A stretch of DNA of 58,128 nucleotides from a virus (Duplodnaviria > Caudoviricetes): IMG/VR virus record IMGVR_UViG_3300030104_004696, positions 1 to 58,128 of that record; one strand, 5' to 3'. How positions within the stretch are numbered: the stretch's first letter is position 1; each line of letters starts with the position of its first letter. Made by a program: the position numbers and the translations under genes. Under the pieces are notes generated by a model. It did no database searches, was not told the DNA's origin, and saw only the letters and a list, made by a program, of their open reading frames with translations. This document shows, piece after piece, positions 10,747 through 20,409 of the stretch.

Positions 10747-10924
10747 TCTCGTGGTTTATTAAATCGAATAGTTGAGCGGCAGTGTAGATAGGGAGTTTAT
10801 CATTGTAGTTCTGATAGATTTGAGTAAAGTTTTTTTCCTCCCTATCCCACGTCCATAATGTGTTTACTTTATTTTTAATGTTCTGTTTAAGAACCCACTT
10901 AATAGTTTTATATTTCATGCTCAA
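10724..10924 (-). CDS. Hypothetical protein
   Basis: Last ORF of the tightly packed minus-strand operon. Confidence 0.55.
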   Translation of the reverse strand: MSMKYKTIKWVLKQNIKNKVNTLWTWDREEKNFTQIYQNYNDKLPIYTAAQLFDLINHEIKESSLL

Positions 10925-11291
10925 ATTTTATATGGTCTTTAAGGTCTCGGTTTCTATTGTATTGGTCTACTAAAAAATTCTTATCATAATTTTTTCTTTC
11001 AGCCTCTAACTTATAATATAAGAACGCCTGGAATCCATTAACATGTGAGTCAGTAGGAAAGAAATATTTCCACCCTTTAGATTTTCCTTTAGCAATATAA
11101 TAACAAAATGCTACTCCTATTTTTCCACTATTCTTTTTAAAATTAATAACCGCAGTATGATCAGAAGTTGGTATAACCTCTTCTACCTTAAATGATTCAT
11201 TATTTACATTTCCCTCTCTGTCTGTACGAGAAAACCTTTCGGCTATTACTTTACTAAACTCGTTTAATTCTTTAGCTATTTGTTTATTCAT
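10908..11291 (-). CDS. Hypothetical protein
   Basis: 127 aa ORF overlapping its neighbours in the operon. Confidence 0.7.
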   Translation of the reverse strand: MNKQIAKELNEFSKVIAERFSRTDREGNVNNESFKVEEVIPTSDHTAVINFKKNSGKIGVAFCYYIAKGKSKGWKYFFPTDSHVNGFQAFLYYKLEAERKNYDKNFLVDQYNRNRDLKDHIKFEHEI

Positions 11292-11544
11292 GTGTATTAA
11301 TATATATTGGTGTTTTTTTCCCCATGTCAGAACCTAAAGTTTTGTAGTAAAAAAAATCTATTGCATCTTCTTTACTCATATTATCCTCTTCCATTAAACA
11401 TTTAATACACAACTGAGCATCATATACAGCGACAGGGTTAGCCCCTTCAGTTATACCTATTAAAGCTTTATTATATCCTGCAGCTAACAAGCATTCATTG
11501 TGCTCTAACTGCATTAAGAGTAGTTCATTTATATTATGTCTCAT
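11284..11544 (-). CDS. Conserved phage hypothetical protein
   Basis: GYNKALIG...AVYD...C...EDAIDFF...G..TP pattern recalled from small aquatic-phage proteins. Confidence 0.65.
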   Translation of the reverse strand: MRHNINELLLMQLEHNECLLAAGYNKALIGITEGANPVAVYDAQLCIKCLMEEDNMSKEDAIDFFYYKTLGSDMGKKTPIYINTHE

Positions 11545-12065
11545 TGTATTAAAAAGTAAATTTCATTTTCATTATTTTCAGGATGAAAAGCATCAAATAA
11601 TTCTTCTGTTATTTCTTTACTTAAGTTATTTTTAGAAAAACTTTTTACATCCTCACTCACAGGCTGAGGTTCAATAAAGTTTTTATATTTTTTTGATCCC
11701 TCAGATTCTTTATTTTGAACAACAAAAAACTCGTCTTCTTTAGATTTAAAATTATATGTTGCTATTAGTTTATTATCTTTATCTAATCTATATTCTTTAT
11801 CATTGCTAAATTTAGATCCGTTGTAAGATCTTAAATACATAGAATCAAAATTTATTTTATTATTTTTATAATTAAATTTTAAAATAGCATGTGTTTGAAT
11901 GTTAGTTCTAAAATGAACGTATATAACTATAATTTTTCCATCTAATATTCTAATAAAACCTGTGGATTCTTCCCATGGTTCAATATGATAAATATCTATT
12001 AGTTTTTGTGGCACCTCTTCAAATAATCTTTCACTAAAATCTTCTTTAAAATATATATTATTCAT
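11541..12065 (-). CDS. Hypothetical protein
   Basis: 174 aa, very AT-rich ORF coupled to its neighbours. Confidence 0.6.
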   Translation of the reverse strand: MNNIYFKEDFSERLFEEVPQKLIDIYHIEPWEESTGFIRILDGKIIVIYVHFRTNIQTHAILKFNYKNNKINFDSMYLRSYNGSKFSNDKEYRLDKDNKLIATYNFKSKEDEFFVVQNKESEGSKKYKNFIEPQPVSEDVKSFSKNNLSKEITEELFDAFHPENNENEIYFLIQ

Positions 12066-12408
12066 TGTTTTTATTTCTTTTATGTGTTATTATTCTGTGG
12101 CAATTAGAACATCTTATCTCACATTTTTTTATTTCTTTTTTTATAGATTCTATACTATAACAGTTTCTTACCATATTAGAAATACACATTGTTTTATTTC
12201 CTCTTACATGATCAAAATCTAAAACTAAAGGATTTGTTTCTCCGCAATCCACACACTCAGATAAACCTTTTACTGCATCTACAAATTCTTTGGCTATTTT
12301 CCTCTGACTTTTATTTCTTTTATGAGAACGTTTTTTTATTTTATCTTTATTAGCCTCGTAATGTCTTTTACTGGCTGCTGCTTGATCTATTTTACTTTTA
12401 TACGCCAC
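12058..12408 (-). CDS. HNH endonuclease
   Basis: CVDC...LDFDH...CEIRCSNCH zinc/HNH motifs. Confidence 0.85.
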   Translation of the reverse strand: MAYKSKIDQAAASKRHYEANKDKIKKRSHKRNKSQRKIAKEFVDAVKGLSECVDCGETNPLVLDFDHVRGNKTMCISNMVRNCYSIESIKKEIKKCEIRCSNCHRIITHKRNKNNE

Positions 12409-12448
12409 TTCTTAGCAAGGCCACAAAACTACCAGGTTAAAAGTATTT

Positions 12449-12640
12449 TTAAATTTCATCTGATAAAGATCGTATAAGTGTTTGAAGTTCTTTAACTAAT
12501 TCTTCTGCTTTTACTTTAACTTTTTTGTGTTCTCTATCCATTAATTTCTCATAAATATCATCTCCAAAGTCGTGAATAGTATCACATAAAAAAGTAATGT
12601 GTGCAATTTGCTGACGGTCTTCGGGTGCTATTCGTGGCAT
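12449..12640 (-). CDS. Hypothetical protein
   Basis: 63 aa ORF in the operon. Confidence 0.6.
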   Translation of the reverse strand: MPRIAPEDRQQIAHITFLCDTIHDFGDDIYEKLMDREHKKVKVKAEELVKELQTLIRSLSDEI

Positions 12641-12643
12641 CAG

Positions 12644-13072
12644 TTATAATCCATTATTGATTAGTTTTTTTATCTGTTCCAACTGTTCTTGAACATTATT
12701 TAATGACAAATTTAACATTTTATTTTGTTCACGCAAATATTTCAGTTCTTTTTTTATAAACACCGGCTTTACTTCATTAAAATCTCCAGACACCGCAGCC
12801 CATAACGCCTCAATTTTTTCTGAATCCCTTCGCATTTGAGCGTCTGACATCAGCATATATTTAAAGTTTTTTAAGGTTAATAAGACTGTTGAGTGATGTT
12901 TAGTGAAGTGCCTGCCTATTTCAGTTACCGTCATATATTCCTTGTTTCTAAGAATATCATAACAAATTGCCCGAGCATTTACCACTTCTCTTTTACTGCT
13001 TTTGAGTGTAAAATCAACCTTACAAACGTCTTCTACGATTTGTTTTAGGGTTTGGACTTTTTGATAGTTCAT
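12644..13072 (-). CDS. DnaA C-terminal (domain IV)-like HTH protein with coiled-coil tail
   Basis: SSKREVVNARAICYDILR...TVTEIGRHFTKHHSTVL resembles the DnaA R..AR....Y...SL..IG..F...DHTTV pattern. Confidence 0.75.
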   Translation of the reverse strand: MNYQKVQTLKQIVEDVCKVDFTLKSSKREVVNARAICYDILRNKEYMTVTEIGRHFTKHHSTVLLTLKNFKYMLMSDAQMRRDSEKIEALWAAVSGDFNEVKPVFIKKELKYLREQNKMLNLSLNNVQEQLEQIKKLINNGL

Positions 13073-13379
13073 TTGATTTTAAATTTAATAAGTCTAAATA
13101 TTCATCCATTGAAATAAGCTGGAGATCAGATAATATAATTTGAGTGGAATAATCTTTTATTATTTCTACCGCAAAAGTAACAGGCTCTTTCTCATCATTT
13201 ATAACAACACCTCCTAAAATTGTTGACACATTAAGGTTGGGTTGCACATGGTCTACATTAGCTTGAATAAATTTAGCTATCTTAATAGCTGTCCGAATAT
13301 CAAATTGTTGAATGGTTTCTACAAACCCCTCATCAATATCAAACCCCGCCTCCTTTATATACTTCTGTTCTACATCCAT
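13020..13379 (-). CDS. Hypothetical protein
   Basis: 119 aa ORF in the operon. Confidence 0.6.
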   Translation of the reverse strand: MDVEQKYIKEAGFDIDEGFVETIQQFDIRTAIKIAKFIQANVDHVQPNLNVSTILGGVVINDEKEPVTFAVEIIKDYSTQIILSDLQLISMDEYLDLLNLKSNELSKSPNPKTNRRRRL

Positions 13380-13587
13380 GTTTTTCTAATTCTTTTAATC
13401 TATATTCTTGTAGCTTTGAGAGTTTGCCATTTGGTTTTTTTACTTCCGAAAATAAAACTTGACAGTCAGGAGGAATAGCAAGGAGGTCGGGTATACCATT
13501 CTTATTGGTCTTTATTAGCTTAAGAACATAGTATCCTTCCGACTCCAGTTGCTTAATCCTCTTGCTTTGTATTTGTTGTTCGGTCAT
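13339..13587 (-). CDS. VRR-NUC domain nuclease (Holliday junction resolvase-like)
   Basis: TEQQIQ...GIPDLL...FSEVKKPNGKLSKLQ PD-(D/E)xK signature. Confidence 0.85.
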   Translation of the reverse strand: MTEQQIQSKRIKQLESEGYYVLKLIKTNKNGIPDLLAIPPDCQVLFSEVKKPNGKLSKLQEYRLKELEKHGCRTEVYKGGGV

Positions 13588-13762
13588 ATTTATAGTCTAA
13601 ATAAAATCCTATTGCTACTATTACATTCATTCCTATTGATGAAACAATTTCTATTACATCATGGAAATCATGTATAGATAAGTGAATATGTCCTACCACC
13701 CAAAATGGTATTGCTAAATTTTGACTTATCCAAATGAGTGTAAATATAACAAACCTTTTCAC
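13553..13762 (-). CDS. Small membrane protein
   Basis: Two hydrophobic segments; GTG start lies 5 nt after a TAAATTTG box. Confidence 0.55.
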   Translation of the reverse strand: MKRFVIFTLIWISQNLAIPFWVVGHIHLSIHDFHDVIEIVSSIGMNVIVAIGFYLDYKYDRTTNTKQED

Positions 13763-13764
13763 AT

Positions 13765-14997
13765 TTACAAATTTACAAAATCCCTTTTGAAATGTGTGAG
13801 GGTATAATCTTTCTTCTTAACCACTGCCTTATATATATCTTTTTCAATACCTCCTTTGCTAAATATCCAGTAGATGTTATTTTTTAACCTATCTTTAGTT
13901 GTCATTCTATCTCTGCTCTGCCAATAAGATGTAGCACTAAAGTCAATGTTGTAATATACTAAACACTCCGCCTTCCTTAAAGAGATACCTTCCCTTCCAC
14001 TAACTATTTGAAGAGCAATGTTTTTATTAGTAGTATTAAAGCAATCTAAGTCAGTACATATATTATCTCCAAACACTTCTTTAATAGCATTAAGTTCCTC
14101 TTTAAATTTATAAAACATTCCTATCTTTTTTCCTTTAAAGTGTTCTTTAATAAATTCGGCCTTACTTAAATCTAACACCATCGAATTACCGCTCTCAAAC
14201 TTAATAGTTCCACTGCATAGCTGATGAACTTTAGTCATTAGTTTAACAGAAGTGTCTGCTAATATTACCTCACTATCCCCCTCTACTACTAAATCTCTTT
14301 TTAATTTTTTTATCAGATCAAGTGTAGAGGTTTTAATATTTACCTCTAAAACTTGTTCGGTGGTATCTACTACAAATCCCGCATCCTTTTGACTAAAGTT
14401 AATAGTATAAGGAGACATATGTTCTATAATTTTTATATTCCCTTTAGAGTAGTCATTGATATACATTCCTCCTATTTTCTTTTGGACCACCTTAACGTAT
14501 TGTTTAGCAAACTGATAAAAGTTTTTATAGTGAGCAAACGGACTGGTAGGAATAAAATAAACTTGATGATACATTTGAGAGTAAGACTCTGGAGTAGGGG
14601 TACCACTAAGTAATATCACATATGGATTAGATCTAAATATTATATTTTTTACCTTCTTAGATCTACCACTTGGTTTAGGGAATGCTCCCATTCCATGAGC
14701 CTCATCACATATAACTACATCCCAACCCGTTTGTCTTACCTTGTGCAAAGATTCATAGTTAATTACTTCTAATTCAAAATCAGGTTGAAGTAGTTCATAA
14801 TCATTTTGTATACTCGAAATAGCTTTCTTTTTAGTTATAAATAAAACATTATCTATATGTAATTTTTCGCATATACCTAAACTTGTCAAAGTTTTTCCTG
14901 TTCTAACCTCCATTGCTAAATATAAAAAGCGATGAGGTTTTAAGATGCCTATACCTCTTGATATAATATCTTTTTGATAATTTCTAAACTCTATCAT
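13765..14997 (-). CDS. Superfamily 2 (SNF2/DEAH-like) helicase
   Basis: FRNYQ Q-motif, VRTGKT Walker A, ICDEAH, LSGTP, SGREGISL and QSRDR motifs. Confidence 0.9.
   Translation of the reverse strand: MIEFRNYQKDIISRGIGILKPHRFLYLAMEVRTGKTLTSLGICEKLHIDNVLFITKKKAISSIQNDYELLQPDFELEVINYESLHKVRQTGWDVVICDEAHGMGAFPKPSGRSKKVKNIIFRSNPYVILLSGTPTPESYSQMYHQVYFIPTSPFAHYKNFYQFAKQYVKVVQKKIGGMYINDYSKGNIKIIEHMSPYTINFSQKDAGFVVDTTEQVLEVNIKTSTLDLIKKLKRDLVVEGDSEVILADTSVKLMTKVHQLCSGTIKFESGNSMVLDLSKAEFIKEHFKGKKIGMFYKFKEELNAIKEVFGDNICTDLDCFNTTNKNIALQIVSGREGISLRKAECLVYYNIDFSATSYWQSRDRMTTKDRLKNNIYWIFSKGGIEKDIYKAVVKKKDYTLTHFKRDFVNL
13768..13775 (-). promoter_or_regulatory. Bacteroidota-type -7 promoter box (TAAATTTG)
   Basis: Matches TAnnTTTG; 5 nt upstream of the GTG at 13762. 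Confidence 0.5.
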
Positions 14998-17396
14998 ATG
15001 TCAAGAGCTGCTTGAGGTTCTTTAGCTACAAACTCAATCCACTTACCTATATTATCCCTCCCCTCAATAGGATCACATCCATATTTATAATGAGAGTATG
15101 AAATCAACCACTTACCAAACCTTACCCTGCTAACAGCCATTCTTGATTTAGGGGCATAGTCAGGATACTCATTGGTAAAATCTATATATAAATCATTAAT
15201 CTTTATTCTCATATTTTCAACCAACTTACTATTAGAACTACCCCCTATTACCCCACACCATTCTATAAATTCATGGGAAGTCTCAGCGGAAAACTTTCTT
15301 GCTTTTAGATTAACAAAGTCACTCTTTATTAGTCCTTTGTCTAAGTATAACTGAAGACACGATATCATATAGTTATCAAATTGACACCAGTCATTATCAT
15401 CCCACTCACCAAACATTAATTTACCAAACTCTACAAGAGGAGTAAACTCTTTGGTGTAAAATTGACTTAGCTCTAACTCCCATTTCCTTCTTTCAAAAGA
15501 TGATCCCTTCCCTTTGATAGCATAGTTAGTAGTGATTGCTACCTTTGGAGATTTACTAAATGGTATTTTGATAGCATCTTTATTTTTCTTTTCAAGAGTT
15601 AAACCTTCAGTCACTACACTGAATAATCTCTCAAAGTCAAAATGTTTCTTAACATCATCAAAGCAAAGTATTTGCGTGTCAGCAGAAACAAGTTGGTAGG
15701 CAAAAGATTTTTCAAAGTTAAATGATTTACCATCTATCACTACTAATTTTTTCATATGAGATATTCCATTCATAAATAATCCTTTACCAGTTCCTCCTTC
15801 AGGATTGTCCGATATAACCTCATCATTTAAAATAGTTGCAGGACAATAAGATAAATTTTTCCATCCATGTAATAAGTATCCAATAGTAGATTCCATAGAT
15901 GTTGTTCTCTTTTCAGTACCTCCACTAATATTATTTATAAAAGTTTTATAATCACAATCCGTAATCTCACATAAATCAAATACCCTATCAATAACATGAT
16001 CCTTCCATACATAACCTCCTAAATCTAAATAATCTATAGGAATGGTTTCATCTTTAGTAATTTTTACCGCACAATTTTTGTAGTATAAGTAGGCGGTATC
16101 TTTATCATCTGCAATAAAGTAAACATTAATGGAAGAGAGTAAGGTTAGAAATTCTTCTCTAAAATATCTTACTTGGTCCGCAAAATAATTATATACAGAG
16201 ATGTCATCTATATCTAATAAATAATTTAATACAAAGTCTTTAATTTCTTTTTCAGAGGTATGGTCTATTAAGTTGTTAGTTACCTTAACGAACACATAGT
16301 TCTTGCTTCCTTCAGGATTAAATTTATAAAACCCATTATCTTCTAAAAACTTTTTAAAAGATATGTGCACAATCTTTACTACTCCCTTTTCAGATTTACT
16401 CCAAAACTTTTGTTTATCTTGCTCCTCCTCTAACCTACGAATTACATTGTCTAAAACACTTTCCTCTACATCTGAAGACTCCTCTATAGTAGATTTTATT
16501 TCTCCTTTAGACACCCCTTTACGCAGTTTCGACTTTACTTCATTAACCTTTTCCTCATCCTCATAATACTTTGTGCCAAAGTTTTGCACTTGTTTATATG
16601 CGGAATGTATAGTTCTTTTAATTTCACTTTGAGGAAAATCTTTACTTACAAAATTACCCATTACATACTCTGCTAAAGTTTTATTAACCCCAAAGTCATT
16701 AAAGGCAGATGCCAATATATATACATTATTGTTTCTTTCCCCACTATTTAACCCATACTTTCTTTCCCACCACTTCATGAGTATATCTACAATTTTATTT
16801 TCATCAGTTATAGGTATGGTTTGAATATCCTTATGCTTTACAACCTCTTGGTATTCTTGTTCTAAAATTTGATTGAATACACTGGATTGTTCATTAATAT
16901 AAATTAAAGGATCGTAAGACTCATAACAAACTCTTGATACATTCTTACAAGTAATGTCAAAATAAGGAGAATCAAAATGATGTTGTAAAGAATTAAAAAA
17001 TTGTTTATGAGTTTCAATATCAGCCGGTATCTTTACTAATACCTTTAGCCCCAAACCACTTGGAGATATGAAACACGCAAATGTATACCTGTCTTTAGTT
17101 ATTAATTCCTTCTCCTCTAATAATAACTTGTCAGTTTCATACCCATCAAAGTCTAAACATATTAACCCACTATGTTTGCTTAATGAGGAATCATTTCTTT
17201 TTGTAAATTTACCACTAAAACATATTGCAGGTAATGATTGCTTTAATTTATTTCTTACTTCTTTGTCTTTTTCTCCCCTTATTGATCTTACTATTTCTTG
17301 GGACGCTCCTTCTCGAATTCGTTCTAATATCTTTGATACATCTCTATAAAAAGGTTGAGCAGTATCTTTAATATCTTTAAATATTGTTATTTCCAT
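14994..17396 (-). CDS. Primase-helicase (VirE-N/BT4734-like primase domain, PriCT, SF3-like helicase)
   Basis: KQSLPAICFSG...SGLICLDFD...FISPSGLGLK N-terminus; GERNNN; GGTGKG Walker A, FDD Walker B, ITTNY. Confidence 0.85.
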   Translation of the reverse strand: MEITIFKDIKDTAQPFYRDVSKILERIREGASQEIVRSIRGEKDKEVRNKLKQSLPAICFSGKFTKRNDSSLSKHSGLICLDFDGYETDKLLLEEKELITKDRYTFACFISPSGLGLKVLVKIPADIETHKQFFNSLQHHFDSPYFDITCKNVSRVCYESYDPLIYINEQSSVFNQILEQEYQEVVKHKDIQTIPITDENKIVDILMKWWERKYGLNSGERNNNVYILASAFNDFGVNKTLAEYVMGNFVSKDFPQSEIKRTIHSAYKQVQNFGTKYYEDEEKVNEVKSKLRKGVSKGEIKSTIEESSDVEESVLDNVIRRLEEEQDKQKFWSKSEKGVVKIVHISFKKFLEDNGFYKFNPEGSKNYVFVKVTNNLIDHTSEKEIKDFVLNYLLDIDDISVYNYFADQVRYFREEFLTLLSSINVYFIADDKDTAYLYYKNCAVKITKDETIPIDYLDLGGYVWKDHVIDRVFDLCEITDCDYKTFINNISGGTEKRTTSMESTIGYLLHGWKNLSYCPATILNDEVISDNPEGGTGKGLFMNGISHMKKLVVIDGKSFNFEKSFAYQLVSADTQILCFDDVKKHFDFERLFSVVTEGLTLEKKNKDAIKIPFSKSPKVAITTNYAIKGKGSSFERRKWELELSQFYTKEFTPLVEFGKLMFGEWDDNDWCQFDNYMISCLQLYLDKGLIKSDFVNLKARKFSAETSHEFIEWCGVIGGSSNSKLVENMRIKINDLYIDFTNEYPDYAPKSRMAVSRVRFGKWLISYSHYKYGCDPIEGRDNIGKWIEFVAKEPQAALDI

Positions 17397-17399
17397 TTG

Positions 17400-17592
17400 A
17401 TTTGTGTTGTTTAATGTTAACTTTATGTTGACTTTATTTATTCTTTTTTTATCTATTTACTACTTATATATTTTATTTATAGTGTTAAAGTGTTAATAAT
17501 AAATATAAAAAATATAAAATAAAAAAGTATATAATATGTATAAATGTATAGGGCTTAAGTTTTAGTGTTTAATTCAACACTTTAACACTTTA
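17400..17592. other. Candidate replication origin (inverted repeats around an AT-rich spacer)
   Basis: AGTGTTAAAGTGTT (17481-17494) and its inverse AACACTTTAACACT (17576-17589), plus further TGTT motifs, directly upstream of the primase-helicase. Confidence 0.5.
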
Positions 17593-17594
17593 AG

Positions 17595-17627
17595 AACAAA
17601 AAGAAAGGGGACACGAAGTCCCCCTTC
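17595..17627 (-). terminator. Rho-independent terminator after ssb-like gene
   Basis: GGGGAC-ACGAA-GTCCCC hairpin followed by a U-rich tract on the minus strand. Confidence 0.8.
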
Positions 17628-17643
17628 AATTATTTTATTCCAC

Positions 17644-17916
17644 TTAGAAAGGTAAGTCCTCATCTACTGCTGGTGCAGCAGCTGGAGCTTCCTCTTTCTT
17701 TGCTTCAGGTTTAAATGTATCTATAGCTACATAATGTGTTTTACCATAGTCATCAGCCCCATCTCTTTTTGCTGATACATTTACCTTAATGTATTTCTTA
17801 CCATTGTACTCAAACATATGTTCTTGAGGTAGATCTGATAAACAAATACTGCATGAGATTAAGTTCCCATCAAACTTGGAAGTTCCACTTCCGACATAGA
17901 TTTTTTCGTCTGCCAT
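17644..17916 (-). CDS. Putative single-stranded DNA-binding protein
   Basis: Small beta-rich protein with an acidic DEDLPF C-terminal tail, next to recombination genes. Confidence 0.7.
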   Translation of the reverse strand: MADEKIYVGSGTSKFDGNLISCSICLSDLPQEHMFEYNGKKYIKVNVSAKRDGADDYGKTHYVAIDTFKPEAKKEEAPAAAPAVDEDLPF

Positions 17917-17918
17917 AA

Positions 17919-18086
17919 TTAAAAATTTTTATAAATTATTTGCTCCAACTTATTCATTGTTGCCTCCATGACTTTATCACGATCAGCCTGTGAAGTGTAA
18001 TTGGTTGGAACTCTCAACCACACCACATTTTCTTTTTTATTAAAGCGTTTCTTTAATAATGTATGTTTCAATATCTTCTTCAGCAT
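17919..18086 (-). CDS. Hypothetical 55-aa protein (not in ORF track)
   Basis: MLKKILKHTLLKKRFNKKENVVWLRVPTNYTSQADRDKVMEATMNKLEQIIYKNF fills the gap between exonuclease and ssb genes. Confidence 0.45.
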   Translation of the reverse strand: MLKKILKHTLLKKRFNKKENVVWLRVPTNYTSQADRDKVMEATMNKLEQIIYKNF

Positions 18087-18777
18087 CTTTACTATAAAAT
18101 TTGTTATACACTTCTATCGCTCTCTCTACTTTTTCTTTACCATAACTTAAAAAAGTTTCTGATGGATAGTATACTCCTAACTCAAAGGTTAGTTTATCTA
18201 CCACATAAAACACTAATGGTTTGTCAAAGAATTGTTGATATAAATATGCTTGACTATCATAGTTGTATTTCCTTGCACTATATTTAAAGTCTTTTATGTT
18301 AGATGTAGTCTTTAGGTCTATTAACATATCCTCCCCAACTATATCTGCCTTACCTTTCCATTTCATCCCCATTACCTCGTGAATTATAGGAACCTCAAAC
18401 TTATTCTTATCATCATAGATTGCCTCATAAAATTCTAAATTGTTTTTCATTGTACTAATTGCTTTGTCTATCTCTACCTTTTCTTTTGTTAACATCATTA
18501 AAGGTCTTTTATAATGCAGCAGTTGTTCTTTATATAATTTAGTATTTCTACTTGATGAATCTATAGTCCAATACTCTACACCTGATAATTTCTCTGGCTC
18601 AAGCATAGCTGTATGAAAATATCTCCCCACCAACATTGCTTTAGTCATAGGTTTATCTTGTCTAAAATTTTTAGGATCGTTTAATAAAGTTATGATATCT
18701 GAATTAGATAAGAATTGTTTACCAAACTTACCATAGTAATGACTATCCTCTTTAAGTAACTGTAAATCCTTATCCAT
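18040..18777 (-). CDS. PD-(D/E)xK exonuclease (RecE/ExoVIII-like)
   Basis: LSNSDI...AMLVGRYFHTAMLEP...KGKADIV...IDLKTT...YNYDSQAYLY. Confidence 0.85.
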   Translation of the reverse strand: MDKDLQLLKEDSHYYGKFGKQFLSNSDIITLLNDPKNFRQDKPMTKAMLVGRYFHTAMLEPEKLSGVEYWTIDSSSRNTKLYKEQLLHYKRPLMMLTKEKVEIDKAISTMKNNLEFYEAIYDDKNKFEVPIIHEVMGMKWKGKADIVGEDMLIDLKTTSNIKDFKYSARKYNYDSQAYLYQQFFDKPLVFYVVDKLTFELGVYYPSETFLSYGKEKVERAIEVYNKFYSKDAEEDIETYIIKETL

Positions 18778-19385
18778 TACTTAACGCTTTTAGATAATTC
18801 CTTCTTTACTATTGCTTTAATATTATATTTAGTTTCAAGATTCTTTACAATCTTTGGTAGACCTAATTCTTTATTCTCTGCTACATACTTTAATACCTTA
18901 CTCCAATTAGCATCTCCAATATCTAAAGTCATTTTAGTCATTGTCTTAGCACTTGGGGTTTTGCTTACTGCTTGAGGGGCTTTAACTACTTGTGCAGTAT
19001 CCTCTCCTATCCATAGACTTAACCCTAATCCATGCATCGCTATGGCTTTAGCAGTTGATCTTTGTATTGCAGTATTAACATCCATTGATGTAATCTTTTC
19101 CATTGAAATAGAATTGTTACGATAGTCCATTACAGGTAAATAATCAATATGTTCCATACCATTTATAGTGATTCCAACCTTTACATACGCAGTCTTACCA
19201 TCAGTAAAAAAGTTCAATCCAGTATGCTCAGACTCATATACTTTTCTTTGTGCATCAGGATATTGTTCTTTAACCATACTCCACGCAGTTGCCCACGACA
19301 TATAGTCAAACTTTCCTTTCTTATCAGTTTTCCCTTTAATTGAGATGGATGATAAATCCTTAAATATGTTTTGTTTTTTGTCCAT
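18777..19385 (-). CDS. Sak-like single-strand annealing protein (DUF1071-like)
   Basis: KKGKFDYMSWATAW...YPDA...LPVMDYRN...VNTAIQRSTAKAIAMHGLGLSLW. Confidence 0.85.
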   Translation of the reverse strand: MDKKQNIFKDLSSISIKGKTDKKGKFDYMSWATAWSMVKEQYPDAQRKVYESEHTGLNFFTDGKTAYVKVGITINGMEHIDYLPVMDYRNNSISMEKITSMDVNTAIQRSTAKAIAMHGLGLSLWIGEDTAQVVKAPQAVSKTPSAKTMTKMTLDIGDANWSKVLKYVAENKELGLPKIVKNLETKYNIKAIVKKELSKSVK

Positions 19386-19779
19386 TTGTTATTTGATTTA
19401 ATTGTTTATTACGATTTGAATATTTAAGCAAGAGGTTTTCTCTTGTCGTTTTTAATTTTTGTATATGTTTATCGTTTTTTCTTGTATTTACTTCTGTTTT
19501 AATTTTTTCCTCTACAATTTCTAACTTTCTTTTATAGTTCAACATAGATAAACGAAGTGACCCTTCTCTCCATCCATACTTATAAAATAAATTATATTCC
19601 TCTATGTTACATTCTTGAAAATAATCCCCGCTTCTTGAGCAATTAAGTATTTCGGTTTTGGAATTAAACTTTTGAATTTTAACTCCATAGTTCAAAACAC
19701 TATTTACATTTGGCTTTTCTATTTTAAGGGAATTACTATCGTTTAATGCTTGAGCAAATATATCATCTACACTATACAT
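19360..19779 (-). CDS. Hypothetical protein
   Basis: 139 aa ORF with a coiled-coil C-terminus. Confidence 0.65.
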   Translation of the reverse strand: MYSVDDIFAQALNDSNSLKIEKPNVNSVLNYGVKIQKFNSKTEILNCSRSGDYFQECNIEEYNLFYKYGWREGSLRLSMLNYKRKLEIVEEKIKTEVNTRKNDKHIQKLKTTRENLLLKYSNRNKQLNQITNGQKTKHI

Positions 19780-20065
19780 TTTGTAGTGTCTTAACTACAG
19801 ACTCATAATCTTTATCCTTATCTATAAGTTCTTTGGCTTTTTTATATCCATGAATGATTGTAGAATGGCTTACTTTATGTCCCTGATCCTCCATAAATCT
19901 TTGTATGTACGATATTCTAATTGGTCGTTCCATACACATATAGTAGAGCATTTGTCTTGCATCTACTATTTCCCTTTTCTTTGTTTTGTCAAACATCTGA
20001 TCCATAGTCAGATGAAATCGCTGTGCAATAGCTACTGCATAAGCATCAAATATGTCTTTTTTCAT
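19772..20065 (-). CDS. Second DnaA domain IV-like HTH protein
   Basis: KTKKREIVDARQMLYYMC...SHSTIIHGYKK. Confidence 0.75.
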   Translation of the reverse strand: MKKDIFDAYAVAIAQRFHLTMDQMFDKTKKREIVDARQMLYYMCMERPIRISYIQRFMEDQGHKVSHSTIIHGYKKAKELIDKDKDYESVVKTLQNV

Positions 20066-20093
20066 TATATTTTATTAAGATTAAATTAGTCGG

Positions 20094-20125
20094 CTAATAT
20101 AATTCTTTTTCAATTAATAGCCAAA
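20094..20125 (-). promoter_or_regulatory. Variant Bacteroidota promoter for the replication operon
   Basis: Minus strand TTTG, 20-nt spacer, then TATATTAG (one mismatch to TAnnTTTG). Confidence 0.45.
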
Positions 20126-20142
20126 TCTTGTTTAAGTTTTTT

Positions 20143-20409
20143 TTATTTCTTTTCTTTTTTACATTGCACCCTGTACAATATAAGGTAGCCAATTAGATCA
20201 AGCATTGTGTCCTCTGTCTTATCATTGAGTCCTACTTGCTTGATTCTACTTAACTTATCATCTATCCTCGCCAGTATTCCTTCTTTAGCTGATAGCTTTG
20301 AAAATATTTTTGGTGGTTTATTAGCAGTATCTCCGTATGCTTTATTCTTTTCAAGTAGTAGCATTATTACTTCTCTACCTACTTCTTTGATTAAGTCCTC
20401 TGTTTTCAT
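20143..20409 (-). CDS. Nucleotide-modification-associated all-alpha protein (DUF1599/Nmad1-like)
   Basis: LLEKNKAYGD...ARIDDKLSRI...EDTMLDLIGYLIL. Confidence 0.75.
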   Translation of the reverse strand: MKTEDLIKEVGREVIMLLLEKNKAYGDTANKPPKIFSKLSAKEGILARIDDKLSRIKQVGLNDKTEDTMLDLIGYLILYRVQCKKEKK

